DNA of 64,000 bases from an uncultured Candidatus Saccharibacteria bacterium. Lineage in GTDB: Bacteria; Patescibacteriota; Minisyncoccia; UBA6257; UBA9933. Every line of letters starts with the position of its first letter. The first letter of the stretch is position 1. Made by a program: the position numbers and the translations under genes. Shown one piece after another: positions 38,655 through 49,812 of this stretch. Location of the stretch: positions 65,238 to 129,237 of the forward strand of contig CAZXNT010000001.1 in assembly GCA_964642155.1 (NCBI GenBank), written 5' to 3'. The notes below the pieces were generated by a model. It was not told the origin of the DNA. It was given only the letters and a program-made list of their open reading frames with translations, and made no database searches.

Positions 38655-39563
38655 ATGAATATAATAAAATTTCGCTACATATTTTTCTTCATTTCCACTG
38701 TTTTAACAATCGCAAGTGTTGCAGCGATTTTTATTTATGGCTTAAAACCCGGAATTGATTTTACCGGCGGCACTTTGTGGCAACTTCGCCTAACACAGAC
38801 CAATACAGACTCAACACGGACTTATACGGAAGAATTGAGAAATTTTTTTGAAAACGAATTAAATATAAAAAACACGACTATTTATCCGGAAGCTGAAAGC
38901 CAAAGTTATTTAATCAAACTTGGCCACATTTCTGAAGAAGAGCATCAAAATTATCTGACGGCGCTTAATTATAAATTCGGCCAAATTGAAGAAATGCGCT
39001 ACGAAGCCATCGGACCGGCAATCGGCAAAGAATTAAAAGGAAAGGCGGTTTGGGCGATTATTCTTGTGATTTTGGGCATTTCCCTATATGTTGCTTACGC
39101 TTTCCGCAAAGTTTCTTATCCTGTTAAATCATGGAAATACGGAATAATTACCCTAATTACTCTTTTTCATGATGTTATTGTTTCAGTCGGCGCGCTCACA
39201 CTTTTGAGATGGAAATTCGGCGTTGAACTGGACACAAAATTTATCGTCGCCTTATTGGTTATAATCGGCTTTTCAGTCCACGACACGATAGTTGTTTTTG
39301 ACAGAATCAGAGAAAATCTTTTACTTGATAGAGGCCGAAAAGATTTAAAAGAAATTATCAACGACAGCGTTCGTCAAACTTTCGCGCGCTCCGTCAACAC
39401 TTCTCTTACCTTAGTTTTAACGCTTTTAGCTCTTTTCTTTTATGGCCCGCTCACCTTAAAATATTTTGTCTTATTAATTATGACCGGCACAATTATCGGC
39501 ACTTATTCATCAATTTTTATCGCCTCTCCAATGTTGTTGTTTTTTAAGAATAAACCCCGTTAG
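38655..39563 (+). CDS. secF: protein translocase subunit SecF
   Basis: GIDFTGGT motif and six TM helices, directly downstream of secD. Confidence 0.85.
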   Translation: MNIIKFRYIFFFISTVLTIASVAAIFIYGLKPGIDFTGGTLWQLRLTQTNTDSTRTYTEELRNFFENELNIKNTTIYPEAESQSYLIKLGHISEEEHQNYLTALNYKFGQIEEMRYEAIGPAIGKELKGKAVWAIILVILGISLYVAYAFRKVSYPVKSWKYGIITLITLFHDVIVSVGALTLLRWKFGVELDTKFIVALLVIIGFSVHDTIVVFDRIRENLLLDRGRKDLKEIINDSVRQTFARSVNTSLTLVLTLLALFFYGPLTLKYFVLLIMTGTIIGTYSSIFIASPMLLFFKNKPR

Positions 39564-39590
39564 AAGTAAAACTTCTAACGGGGTAAATAA
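39561..39590. terminator. terminator hairpin built from the CCCGTTAGAAG motif (ccccgttagaag taaaa cttctaacgggg)
   Basis: Perfect 12-bp stem at the secF stop. The same motif recurs at 60700-60860. Confidence 0.6.
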
Positions 39591-39636
39591 AAAATCCTCG
39601 CCAATGTTCTGGCGAGGATAGACAGTTCACAAAAAA

Positions 39637-40401
39637 TTATCCTGTTATGATAAACGCAGCGTTGCGATATTTAATGCCGTTTTTATCATCGCGAGAATAA
39701 CACCAGTATTTCCCGCTACAACAGACACATTCGCCCGTATCATTAATTTTTTTATAGCCTTTTTCCGTAAATAATTCTCGGATAAGGCCGACTAAATTGA
39801 AATTAATGGAACGGTTTTCTATATGAATAAATTGATCGTTATCATTCGGCCTCATGACTTTGATAATAGGATAAACGGTCTTTAAAAAATAATTATAACC
39901 GTCTTTCTCATATTTGAGACAATCGCCGCACATTGAAGGAAGAAAAACTATCTGCGTAGTTTCTTTTCTCCCGCTGACATTTTCCCATAACGTTAAAAAT
40001 CTATCAACGATATTTTGCGTTATTGATTTCCAACCTCCGTGAAGAAGGCCTGAGATATTTGCCTTTTCATCACAAAGAATAATCGTCGGACACCCGCCGG
40101 GAAAGAATATGGCCGATCCTGGTCCATAGTAAATAACACCATCGCAAAATACCTGAGTAGATTTATTTTTTTTCAACTTTTCAAAAAACCAAACATCATC
40201 GCCGTGATTTTCCGCCCGCATAACAACATATCCAACCTGATTAAAGCCGGATATTGTTAAAGCCATATCAGCCATTTTAAACGCCTCAGCAAACGAACTA
40301 TTGGGGGAAAAATTACCCGCACCTTTAAGCGTCATACCTGCCAGTACTTTATTACTAACGTCAAATTGGCTGAATAAAAAATGAGTTTCTTTCTTCATCA
40401 C
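39637..40401 (-). CDS. pgeF: peptidoglycan editing factor PgeF / YfiH (DUF152) family
   Basis: IILCDEKANISGLLHGGWKSI and the C-terminal Cys cluster are characteristic of DUF152. Confidence 0.55.
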   Translation of the reverse strand: MMKKETHFLFSQFDVSNKVLAGMTLKGAGNFSPNSSFAEAFKMADMALTISGFNQVGYVVMRAENHGDDVWFFEKLKKNKSTQVFCDGVIYYGPGSAIFFPGGCPTIILCDEKANISGLLHGGWKSITQNIVDRFLTLWENVSGRKETTQIVFLPSMCGDCLKYEKDGYNYFLKTVYPIIKVMRPNDNDQFIHIENRSINFNLVGLIRELFTEKGYKKINDTGECVCCSGKYWCYSRDDKNGIKYRNAAFIITG

Positions 40402-40510
40402 AACCTCCTATATTTAATTTTTTATTTTTTACTAATAATAGAATAAAACACGTTTTATAAAATGTCAACTTTTCTTTTTATTTTTAAACCAATATAATAA
40501 TAATGCGATT

Positions 40511-41080
40511 ATGGAAACATTGCTGTTCCAATACCTGCTTTTATGGAAGCCCTTGGGCTATTTTTTAATCTTTCTCGGTCTCGCGCTTGAAGGCGATACC
40601 GCGCTGTTCATAACTTCGTTTTTAACCTACCATGGATTTTTTGATATCTGGAAATTTCTTTTAGCCGCTTTCAGCGGAGCTATAATTGGAGATATCTTCT
40701 GGTATTGGCTTGGCCAGCGTATCAACAATTCCTCGTCTTTTATTAATAAAATAACTAATCGCATAAAATTCGCCGATAACCACCTTATTAACAGATTGCC
40801 GCATACAATTTTTGTTTCAAAATTCATTTACGGCACTCATCATCTCATCATGCTCCGCGCCGGCGCCTTAAACATTGATTTAAAAAAAATAATAAAATAT
40901 AATTTTTTGCCGACTCTTCTTTGGATTTTATTAATCGGCGGATTGGGATATTTGTCCGGCGCGTCTTTTATTATTATAAAAAAATACGTGCGATTTATTG
41001 AAATAGGCCTGCTTATCGCTTTGATAATTTTCTTTATTGTGGAACGCTTTATTAAAAAACGCTCCGAGAAAAAATTGTGA
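40511..41080 (+). CDS. DedA/VTT-domain membrane protein
   Basis: LGLALEGDTALFITSFL ... GDIFWYWLG motif. Confidence 0.7.
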   Translation: METLLFQYLLLWKPLGYFLIFLGLALEGDTALFITSFLTYHGFFDIWKFLLAAFSGAIIGDIFWYWLGQRINNSSSFINKITNRIKFADNHLINRLPHTIFVSKFIYGTHHLIMLRAGALNIDLKKIIKYNFLPTLLWILLIGGLGYLSGASFIIIKKYVRFIEIGLLIALIIFFIVERFIKKRSEKKL

Positions 41081-41128
41081 TATAATTTTTATCATTGACG
41101 AAAACAATTAAATAAAGATAATTAAATT

Positions 41129-41884
41129 ATGGAAAATACACCAAAGGAAAATAAAGATTATTTTTTGCCGGCAAGCATCGTTATCGCCGCCCTGCTTATC
41201 GCCGGCGCGTGGATTTATACTGCCGGATTAAAAAATATTGAATTGAAAAAATCCGACCAAGCGCCGCAAGCTGAAAAAACCGTTCCAAGCATAGAAAACG
41301 TAATTCCAATAAGCGATAGAGACCACCTCCGGGGAGACAAAAACGTTCCCGTTCAAATTATTGAATTCTCCGACATGGAATGCCCATATTGTAAAAATTT
41401 CCATCAAACAATGTTGAAAATAATGGAAGAATACGGCAAAAACGGCCAAGTGGCTTGGATTTACCGACATTTTCCGCTTGAGCAACTTCATCCCTTAGCG
41501 CAAAAAGCAGCTGAAGCATCGGAATGCGCGACAAAAATTGGCGGTAACGATATTTTTTGGAAATATCTTGACCAATATATGACGTTATCGTCTTCTGAAG
41601 AAAATTTAATATCAAATAAATTTACCGAAATAGCCGAAAATATCGGATTAAATAAAACACAATTTGAAAATTGTTTGAACAGCGGAGAATTCAAAGAGAA
41701 AATAGACGGCCATGCTCAAGATGCCATGAATTCTGGCGCCATGGGCACTCCTTATAGTATTATTATTGGAAAAAACAACAAAAAATACGAAATCAACGGC
41801 GCCTTGCCAATTGACGATTTTAAAGATCAATACGGCATAATGCAAAAAGGCATAAAAACACTTATTGAAGAAGCGCTAAAATGA
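41129..41884 (+). CDS. DsbA-like thiol:disulfide oxidoreductase, membrane-anchored
   Basis: N-terminal TM. Thioredoxin CxxC motif ECPYCKNF. Confidence 0.75.
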   Translation: MENTPKENKDYFLPASIVIAALLIAGAWIYTAGLKNIELKKSDQAPQAEKTVPSIENVIPISDRDHLRGDKNVPVQIIEFSDMECPYCKNFHQTMLKIMEEYGKNGQVAWIYRHFPLEQLHPLAQKAAEASECATKIGGNDIFWKYLDQYMTLSSSEENLISNKFTEIAENIGLNKTQFENCLNSGEFKEKIDGHAQDAMNSGAMGTPYSIIIGKNNKKYEINGALPIDDFKDQYGIMQKGIKTLIEEALK

Positions 41885-43146
41885 TTTTTAAAAATCTTCA
41901 AAAAACCGACTCTGAAATTTACAAACTTATCGTTGCTGAAGATAAACGGCAGAAAGAAACAATAAACCTGATTGCTTCGGAAAATTTTGTTTCCGAAAGT
42001 GTTCTTGAAGCGTTGGGTTCGGTTTTCACTAATAAATACAGCGAAGGATATCCTCATGCCAGATATTACGGAGGCAATGAATTTTGCGACAAATTGGAAG
42101 AATTATGCCAAAAAAGAGCACTTAAACTTTTTAAACTTTCGGCGCGCGAATGGAGCGTTAATGTTCAACCGTATTCCGGTTCTCCGGCAAATCTAGCCGT
42201 CTATTTGGCGCTTGTGCCAATTGACGAATCCGCCTTCGCGCAAGGCTACGGCGGACGAGGAAAAATAATGGGAATGCAACTTGATATGGGCGGGCATCTG
42301 ACGCACGGACACAAAGCGAGCGCCACGGGGAAATTATGGCAACAAATTCCTTACGGCGTTGATGAAAAAACCGAGCAATTAAATTATGATGAAATTTTAC
42401 AAATTGCCAAAAAAGAAAAACCGAAATTGATTGTTTGCGGCTATACCGCTTATTCGCGAATTATTGATTTTAAAAAATTCCGAAAAATCGCCGATGCTGT
42501 TAATGCTATTTTAATGATTGATATGTCTCATTTTGCCGGATTGGTTGCCGGAGGCGTTTATCCTTCTCCTTTTAAATACGCTGACGTTATCACGACAACA
42601 ACGCACAAAACTTTGCGAGGACCCCGCGCCGCGCTCATATTTACGAATAAAAATAAAAAATTACATTACACCAGCGATAGCATGTCTAATGTAATAAATA
42701 AAGCTGTTTTCCCGGGATTGCAAGGCGGGCCACATATGAACGCCGTTGCCGCCGTTGCCGTAGCCTTACAAGAAGCCGCCAAACCGGCTTTTAAAAAATA
42801 TAGCCAACAAATAATAAAAAACGCTAAAACTTTTGCTTTGGAACTGCAAAAACTCGGCTGGCGAATTATTGCTAACGGCACGGATACGCATTTATTTTTA
42901 GTTGATACATGGTCGCGCGGAATTAGTGGAAAAACCGCCGAAACCGCGCTTGAAAAAGCCGGTATAATTGTTAATAAAAATACGATTCCGTTTGACAAAC
43001 GAAGCCCAATTGACCCATCCGGAATAAGAATCGGAACAGCGGCAATCACCAGTCAGGGACTAAAAGAAAAAGATATGAAAAAAATCGCGAAAAAAATAGA
43101 TAAAATTCTAACGGGGTTGACAAAAAAATATAGTAAGTTAAAATAA
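41881..43146 (+). CDS. glyA: serine hydroxymethyltransferase
   Basis: LIASENFVSESVLEALGS and TTTTHKTLRGPR (PLP-binding Lys). Confidence 0.9.
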   Translation: MIFKNLQKTDSEIYKLIVAEDKRQKETINLIASENFVSESVLEALGSVFTNKYSEGYPHARYYGGNEFCDKLEELCQKRALKLFKLSAREWSVNVQPYSGSPANLAVYLALVPIDESAFAQGYGGRGKIMGMQLDMGGHLTHGHKASATGKLWQQIPYGVDEKTEQLNYDEILQIAKKEKPKLIVCGYTAYSRIIDFKKFRKIADAVNAILMIDMSHFAGLVAGGVYPSPFKYADVITTTTHKTLRGPRAALIFTNKNKKLHYTSDSMSNVINKAVFPGLQGGPHMNAVAAVAVALQEAAKPAFKKYSQQIIKNAKTFALELQKLGWRIIANGTDTHLFLVDTWSRGISGKTAETALEKAGIIVNKNTIPFDKRSPIDPSGIRIGTAAITSQGLKEKDMKKIAKKIDKILTGLTKKYSKLK

Positions 43147-43212
43147 AATTGTAGTACTTACAAAATTTTATAAAAAGGAGAGGGGTGGTTATGAAAAATA
43201 AGGAGGGGGTCA

Positions 43213-43395
43213 ATGAAAAGATGGATGCCTAGTGGACCTGTATGTCCACACTGTAAAGCGCCAAATGCCGACAATCATGACAAATGTGGCAGTTGCGACC
43301 AAAATACACAAACATCATCACCCTTATTACCACCAGACGCTCGACTTACGGCCGAAGAATTACTGTGGCATTCCGTAACCTTATTAAGCTCATAA
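43213..43395 (+). CDS. small zinc-ribbon protein (CPHC...CGSC)
   Basis: 60-aa ORF with two CxxC pairs, preceded by strong SD-like tracts aaggagagggg and aaggaggggg. Local GC is raised. Confidence 0.3.
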   Translation: MKRWMPSGPVCPHCKAPNADNHDKCGSCDQNTQTSSPLLPPDARLTAEELLWHSVTLLSS

Positions 43396-43404
43396 TGTAT
43401 AATT

Positions 43405-44826
43405 TTATATTATTACATTGTGGGCTTTTTTATTTTCCAAAATTTCCTCCACGATTTTTTTTTCGTCCCACGGAATTTTTTTATTGCCCGCAACGCACAT
43501 TGACGACTCCCCTCCCTTCCCCGTTAAAATAACAACATCTCCTTTTTGCGCCAAAAACAGCGCCTTTTTAATCGCTTCTCTCCTATCTATAATTTCATAA
43601 ATTTTGGAAATTGGAAATTGTCTGGCTTCGCCAGATCTCGCGAAGCGAGAGAAATTGGAAATTCCAGATTTTATTTCCGATAAAATCTGGCTGGGTTTTT
43701 CGTCATATGGGTCTTCATTCGTCAAAATAACTTCATCGCAATATCGCGTTGCTATTTCGCCCATTTTCGGCCTTTTCCATTTATCCCGTCCTCCGCCCTG
43801 CGCCCCCAATAAACATATCAACTTTGAATTCTGAATTCTGAATTCTGAATTCTGAATTGTTTGATATACTGCTTCCAAACTCACCGGTTCATGGGCGTAA
43901 TCAACAATCACGGTAAAATCACTTACCTTGATAATCTCCATTCTGCCTGCCGGCGATTTTGCCTGCGCCAACGCTTCTTTTATTTTTTCAATCGGGATAT
44001 TTAGCGACAAAGTAACCGCAATCGCCGCCACGGCATTATAAACATTAAATTCCCCAACTAATAGTATTCCAATAATTAATGGTATTTCAATTTTATTACA
44101 TTGCATCTGCGATAGCAGATGTAATGTAACTTCGAATTTTGTTTTATCTGAATATAATTTAATATTTTCTACTTCTAAAATTTTATTTACTTTTGACTTT
44201 TGATTTGAACTTTTGACTTTTATTCCGTATCCGTATTTATTTTTAATTTCCGGTTTTAAAAAATATTCAACGTTTTCATCGTCTAAGTTATAAATCCCAA
44301 CACCATTTTTCTTTCGTGCCACTCTTTCAAATAATTTTATTTTTGCGTTCCGATAATTTTCAAAACCGCCGTGCCGTTCAATATGTTCAGGCGATAAATT
44401 TGTAAAAACCGCGATATCATAATCAATAAAACGATGTCTGTATTGCAAAATCCCCTCTGAAGAAGTTTCTACCACCGCGTATTCGCATTTTTCCGCAACC
44501 ATTTGCCTCAGCAATTTTTGCAGCTGAAACCTGCCGAGCATTGTCTGCTTTGATTCGTTTTTCCATTCCCGCTCGCCTATCCGAAAATCCACCGTGGTTG
44601 CCATTCCGACTTTATGGCCGCTGAAATTCAAAATTTGAGCGATTAAATTGCAAGTGGTGGTTTTTCCTTTGGTTCCGGTAACACCGATGACTTTCATTTT
44701 GTGAGACGGAAAACCATAAATCAAGGCTGAAAAAAATGCCAGAGAAAAATGATAAATCGGCTGGCCGAGCCGATATAAAAATTTCGGAATAATATGTTTT
44801 TCAAAAAATCTTAAAATTTTCTCCAT
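43405..44826 (-). CDS. murE: Mur ligase family protein (MurE-like), with in-frame repeat insertions
   Basis: VIGVTGTKGKTTT P-loop, NLSPEHIERHGGFENYRNAK and a C-terminal GGGRDKWKRP Mur-ligase motif. Contains a 34-bp palindrome, a (GAATTCT)4 tract and a double-hairpin element. Confidence 0.7.
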   Translation of the reverse strand: MEKILRFFEKHIIPKFLYRLGQPIYHFSLAFFSALIYGFPSHKMKVIGVTGTKGKTTTCNLIAQILNFSGHKVGMATTVDFRIGEREWKNESKQTMLGRFQLQKLLRQMVAEKCEYAVVETSSEGILQYRHRFIDYDIAVFTNLSPEHIERHGGFENYRNAKIKLFERVARKKNGVGIYNLDDENVEYFLKPEIKNKYGYGIKVKSSNQKSKVNKILEVENIKLYSDKTKFEVTLHLLSQMQCNKIEIPLIIGILLVGEFNVYNAVAAIAVTLSLNIPIEKIKEALAQAKSPAGRMEIIKVSDFTVIVDYAHEPVSLEAVYQTIQNSEFRIQNSKLICLLGAQGGGRDKWKRPKMGEIATRYCDEVILTNEDPYDEKPSQILSEIKSGISNFSRFARSGEARQFPISKIYEIIDRREAIKKALFLAQKGDVVILTGKGGESSMCVAGNKKIPWDEKKIVEEILENKKAHNVII

Positions 44827-44827
44827 T

Positions 44828-46075
<1,248 letters not shown>

Positions 46076-46077
46076 TA

Positions 46078-46653
46078 TTATTTTGATAAAAATTTCAAAG
46101 CCACCCTTATTCTTTCTTCAATCTTTTTAATTTTCGGAGGCACTTTTTTTATAGCTTCTTTAATTTCGTTTTGTCTATAGCCCAAATTTTCCAAAGCCTT
46201 TTCAATATCAACGTCTATTTCCATTAATGCGATTTCTTCTTCGCTTTTATAATGCTTAATTTTATCTCTTAATTCCAAAATAAGGCGCTGGGCTTTTTTA
46301 TCGCCGATACCCGCAACCTTGGTAAGCAAATCGCTTCTGCCCTGCTTTATGGCGGCCAATAAATTATCAATTTTTATCGCTTCAAAAATTTTCAAACCGG
46401 CTTTCGGGCCAATGCCGTTGGCGGAAATTAAAAGCTCAAAAATTTCCAACTCTCTTTCGCTTGCAAATCCATAGAGCTGAGCGCCGTCTTGCTTAATATT
46501 CGTATAGCAAAATAACGCTGAGTGCGAACCGATTTTCGGCAATTGACGCGCTGTTTTTGATGAAACAAAAAGCTTAAAACCAATGCCGTTAGCTTCAATA
46601 ACAACAAAGCTCTGTTTTTTAACAATTAATTTCCCGGAGATGGAATAAAACAT
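46078..46653 (-). CDS. ruvA: Holliday junction DNA helicase subunit RuvA
   Basis: OB-fold N-terminus and GIGPKAGLKIFEA helix-hairpin-helix motif. Confidence 0.85.
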   Translation of the reverse strand: MFYSISGKLIVKKQSFVVIEANGIGFKLFVSSKTARQLPKIGSHSALFCYTNIKQDGAQLYGFASERELEIFELLISANGIGPKAGLKIFEAIKIDNLLAAIKQGRSDLLTKVAGIGDKKAQRLILELRDKIKHYKSEEEIALMEIDVDIEKALENLGYRQNEIKEAIKKVPPKIKKIEERIRVALKFLSK

Positions 46654-46813
46654 AGAATAACTGCATTATATCTTAAAAAGCGTTGACTTTCAAATTTTTA
46701 TCTGCTATATTCTAAATACTATAAATATAAATCATCCGCGCCTTTGGCGGGATGCTCGATTCTGTAGATAAATTTTCATCGTCTACAGACTTGAAAATTT
46801 ATACATAATCGGC

Positions 46814-47071
46814 ATGCCAATAATCAAATCCGCAAAAAAAGCTCTTCGACAAAATATCCGCCGGAGAAAAACAAACGTAAAAAGAAAAACTGAACTGAAA
46901 TCGGTTATTAAACAGTTTAAAAAATTGGTTGTTGAAGGAAAAAAGGAAGAAGCGCAAAAATACCTTTCCCAAGTTTATAAAAAACTTGATAAATCCGCGA
47001 AGGTTAATCTCATAAAAAAGAATAAAGCTTCAAGATTAAAGTCCCGATTAAGTAAAAAATTGGCAAAATAA
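46814..47071 (+). CDS. rpsT: 30S ribosomal protein S20
   Basis: MPIIKSAKKALRQNIRRR... is a typical bS20 sequence. Confidence 0.85.
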   Translation: MPIIKSAKKALRQNIRRRKTNVKRKTELKSVIKQFKKLVVEGKKEEAQKYLSQVYKKLDKSAKVNLIKKNKASRLKSRLSKKLAK

Positions 47072-47103
47072 AAAATCCCCACAACGCGGGGGATTTTTTA
47101 TTA
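47072..47103. terminator. rho-independent terminator after rpsT (tccccacaacgcggggga followed by a T run)
   Basis: Hairpin plus TTTTTTATT. Confidence 0.65.
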
Positions 47104-47119
47104 CTTATCAGCTTTTAAG

Positions 47120-49204
47120 CTAAGCGGCTACTTGTTTTAATGACAATCCTATTCTTCCGTCTTCAACACGAATCACTTTTACGCGCACCTTATCGCCCAT
47201 TTTAACCACATCTTCAACTTTTTTCACAAAGCCGTCTCTGAGCTCAGAAACATGAGCCATGCCGTCCTTGCCGCCGCCCAAATCAATAATCGCGCCGAAA
47301 TCTAAAATTTTAATGACTTCTCCTTCAACAATTTCGCCGACTTCAAATTCTCGGGTTAAATCTTCTATCATTTTCTTGGCGGCATCCGTGTCTTTGTGAT
47401 TTTTACCGGTGATGAGCACCGTGCCGTCCTGTTCAATGTCAATTTCCGCGCCAGTTTTTTCCGTAATGCCCTTAATAACTTTTCCAGCCGGACCGATAAC
47501 CGCCCCGATTTTCTCCGGGTCAATCATTATTTTAATTATTCTCGGCGCGTAAGAGGAAAGCTCCTTTCTTGATTCGGGGATTTCTTTAAGCATCGTTTCC
47601 ATTATTTCTTCCCTTGCCTTCTTCGCTTGCTTTAAAGTTTTTTCCAAAATTTCCACAGTCACGCCGTCAACCTTAACATCCATCTGAATAGCCGTAACGC
47701 CGTCCTTCGTTCCCGCCACTTTAAAATCCATATCACCGTGATGGTCTTCCGGACCTTGAATGTCGGTCAAAACCTTATAATTCTTTTCGTTTTTCATCAT
47801 CAAGCCCATGGCAATGCCCGCCACCGGCGCCTTAATCGGCACACCAGCGTCCATCAACGCCAAAACAGAGGCGCAAATTGAACCCTGCGAAGTGGAACCG
47901 TTTGACGCCATTGATTCGGAAACAATTCTTATGGTGTAAGGAAATTCTTCGCGAGAAGGAATAACCGCTGATAACGCCCGTTCCGCCAGCGCGCCATGTC
48001 CGATTTCACGCCTGCCCGGATTACCCATCCTGCCTGTTTCGCCGGTGGAAAACGGCGGAAAATTATAATGATGCATAAAATGTTTTTTCATCTGCACTTC
48101 CATTCCTTCAATTAATTGGACATCCTTCGGTCCGCCAAGAGTAACCACTGAAAGCACATGCGTTCCGCCCCTAAAGAAAACACCGGAGCCGTGAAGAGTC
48201 GGCAAGAATCCCGTCTTGGCGAAAATATTCCTTAACTCGTCCATTTTTCTTCCGTCCGGCCTTTTGTCATTTTCCAAAATTTCTTTATGAATAATATTAT
48301 TCACTTCTTCCTCATAAAGGTCGTCGGCCTGATTTTTCTTTTCCGGCCCGAATTTTTCCGCGGCGACTTTCATCCATTGATATTTAAAGTCGCCGATGTC
48401 TCCTTTTACGCCACCGTAAATAACCTTATCTAAGTTTTGGGAAATTTCTTTTTTGAAAAATTCACGCATATCGGCCGGTATTTCGTCCAGTTCAACTTTT
48501 GCCTTTTCTTTCCCGATTTCCAAAATTATTTTTTCCTGAAATTTTTGAACAGTAGCGATTTCTTCAAGCGCCTTTTCCATTCCCTTAATGGCGATGTCTT
48601 CCGGAATTTCTTTCGCGCCAGCCTCTATCATATTTATTTTTCCTTTTGTTCCGCAGATGACGGCATCAAGAGTGGAGTTGCCGCGTTCTTCATAGGTGGG
48701 GTTGACGAGAAGATTTTGTCCGTCATAGCCGATACGGACGGCACCGACTGGCCCGCCCCAAGGGATATCCGATACGCCAAGCGCCAACGAAGCAGCAATA
48801 ATAGCCGGAATATCAGAATCATTTTTAGTATCAATAGAAAGAATGAGTATGGTCACCTGCACTTCGTTTCTTATTTTTTGGTCAAAAAGTGGCCTAATGG
48901 TGCGGTCAATAACGCGCCCCGAAAGTATCGCCTCTTCCGACGGTCTGCCCTCGCGTCTCATAAATCTGCTTCCCAAAATTTGGCCTGCAGCGTAAAATCT
49001 TTCTTCGTAATCAACGGAAAGCGGAAAATAATCAAGGCCTTCGCGCTTGTTCTTTCCCATCACCGCCGTGGCGAAAACCGCCGTATCTTCATAACGGACG
49101 AGAACGGAGCCATTGGCCTGGTCGGCCAAATCGGATATTTCAACAGACAATTTCTTGCCGCCGAAATTAGTTTCGTATTTTTTTATCTGCATAGTTTTTA
49201 CCAT
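47120..49204 (-). CDS. pnp: polyribonucleotide nucleotidyltransferase (PNPase)
   Basis: Two RNase PH-like domains, KH and S1 domains. N-terminus MQIKKYETNFGGKKLSVE. Confidence 0.9.
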   Translation of the reverse strand: MVKTMQIKKYETNFGGKKLSVEISDLADQANGSVLVRYEDTAVFATAVMGKNKREGLDYFPLSVDYEERFYAAGQILGSRFMRREGRPSEEAILSGRVIDRTIRPLFDQKIRNEVQVTILILSIDTKNDSDIPAIIAASLALGVSDIPWGGPVGAVRIGYDGQNLLVNPTYEERGNSTLDAVICGTKGKINMIEAGAKEIPEDIAIKGMEKALEEIATVQKFQEKIILEIGKEKAKVELDEIPADMREFFKKEISQNLDKVIYGGVKGDIGDFKYQWMKVAAEKFGPEKKNQADDLYEEEVNNIIHKEILENDKRPDGRKMDELRNIFAKTGFLPTLHGSGVFFRGGTHVLSVVTLGGPKDVQLIEGMEVQMKKHFMHHYNFPPFSTGETGRMGNPGRREIGHGALAERALSAVIPSREEFPYTIRIVSESMASNGSTSQGSICASVLALMDAGVPIKAPVAGIAMGLMMKNEKNYKVLTDIQGPEDHHGDMDFKVAGTKDGVTAIQMDVKVDGVTVEILEKTLKQAKKAREEIMETMLKEIPESRKELSSYAPRIIKIMIDPEKIGAVIGPAGKVIKGITEKTGAEIDIEQDGTVLITGKNHKDTDAAKKMIEDLTREFEVGEIVEGEVIKILDFGAIIDLGGGKDGMAHVSELRDGFVKKVEDVVKMGDKVRVKVIRVEDGRIGLSLKQVAA

Positions 49205-49299
49205 GCCGAGAAGCCCGAACTTTCAGATTTTAGAACACAAAAATGATTTTTCTGTTCTACTTATCCGCAAACCCGGAACCCTTACGACATAGAATTAAA

Positions 49300-49812
49300 T
49301 TATTTTTTTAATATTACTCTTGGCATTCGATCTAAGTCAATAAAATAATCGGCTACTTCTTTAAGTTTAGCGGACGCGCTTCTGCCGAACGCCGCCACCT
49401 CCACTTCTCTGCCCAATCCCCATTTTAGATATTCAACTAAAGGAATAAAATCTCCATCGCCGGTCACTAAAATAATAGCGTCCAAAGAATTTGCCATCCT
49501 GATGGCGTCAACCGCCATCCCCACGTCCCAGTCAGCTTTTTTCATTCCGCCCGCGAAAATCTGAAGGTCTTTCATTCTTAATTCAATACCGGATTTTTCC
49601 AAGGCTTCAAAAAAAGACGCTTCGCCGGAAATAGCCGATTGCTCGCTCTTTACCACATAGCCGATCGCCCTTATTAATTGGCGATTGCCAATAAGCGTTT
49701 TTATCAATTCTTTATAATTGACTCTGGCGTGATGGATATTCTTCGCCGAATGGTAAAGATTTTGAATATCAATAAAAATTCCGACTCGCTGATCTTTGTG
49801 TTTAACTAACAT
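49300..49812 (-). CDS. NYN/LabA-like PIN-fold domain protein
   Basis: VGIFIDIQNLYHS ... AIILVTGDGDFIPLVEYLK motif. Inserted between rpsO and pnp. Confidence 0.65.
   Translation of the reverse strand: MLVKHKDQRVGIFIDIQNLYHSAKNIHHARVNYKELIKTLIGNRQLIRAIGYVVKSEQSAISGEASFFEALEKSGIELRMKDLQIFAGGMKKADWDVGMAVDAIRMANSLDAIILVTGDGDFIPLVEYLKWGLGREVEVAAFGRSASAKLKEVADYFIDLDRMPRVILKK

Noticed and set aside
48437-49246. 269-aa plus-strand ORF inside the pnp region
   Set aside because: It is entirely antisense to the strongly supported PNPase gene. Its composition is Phe/Lys-rich, typical of an antisense artefact in AT-rich DNA.
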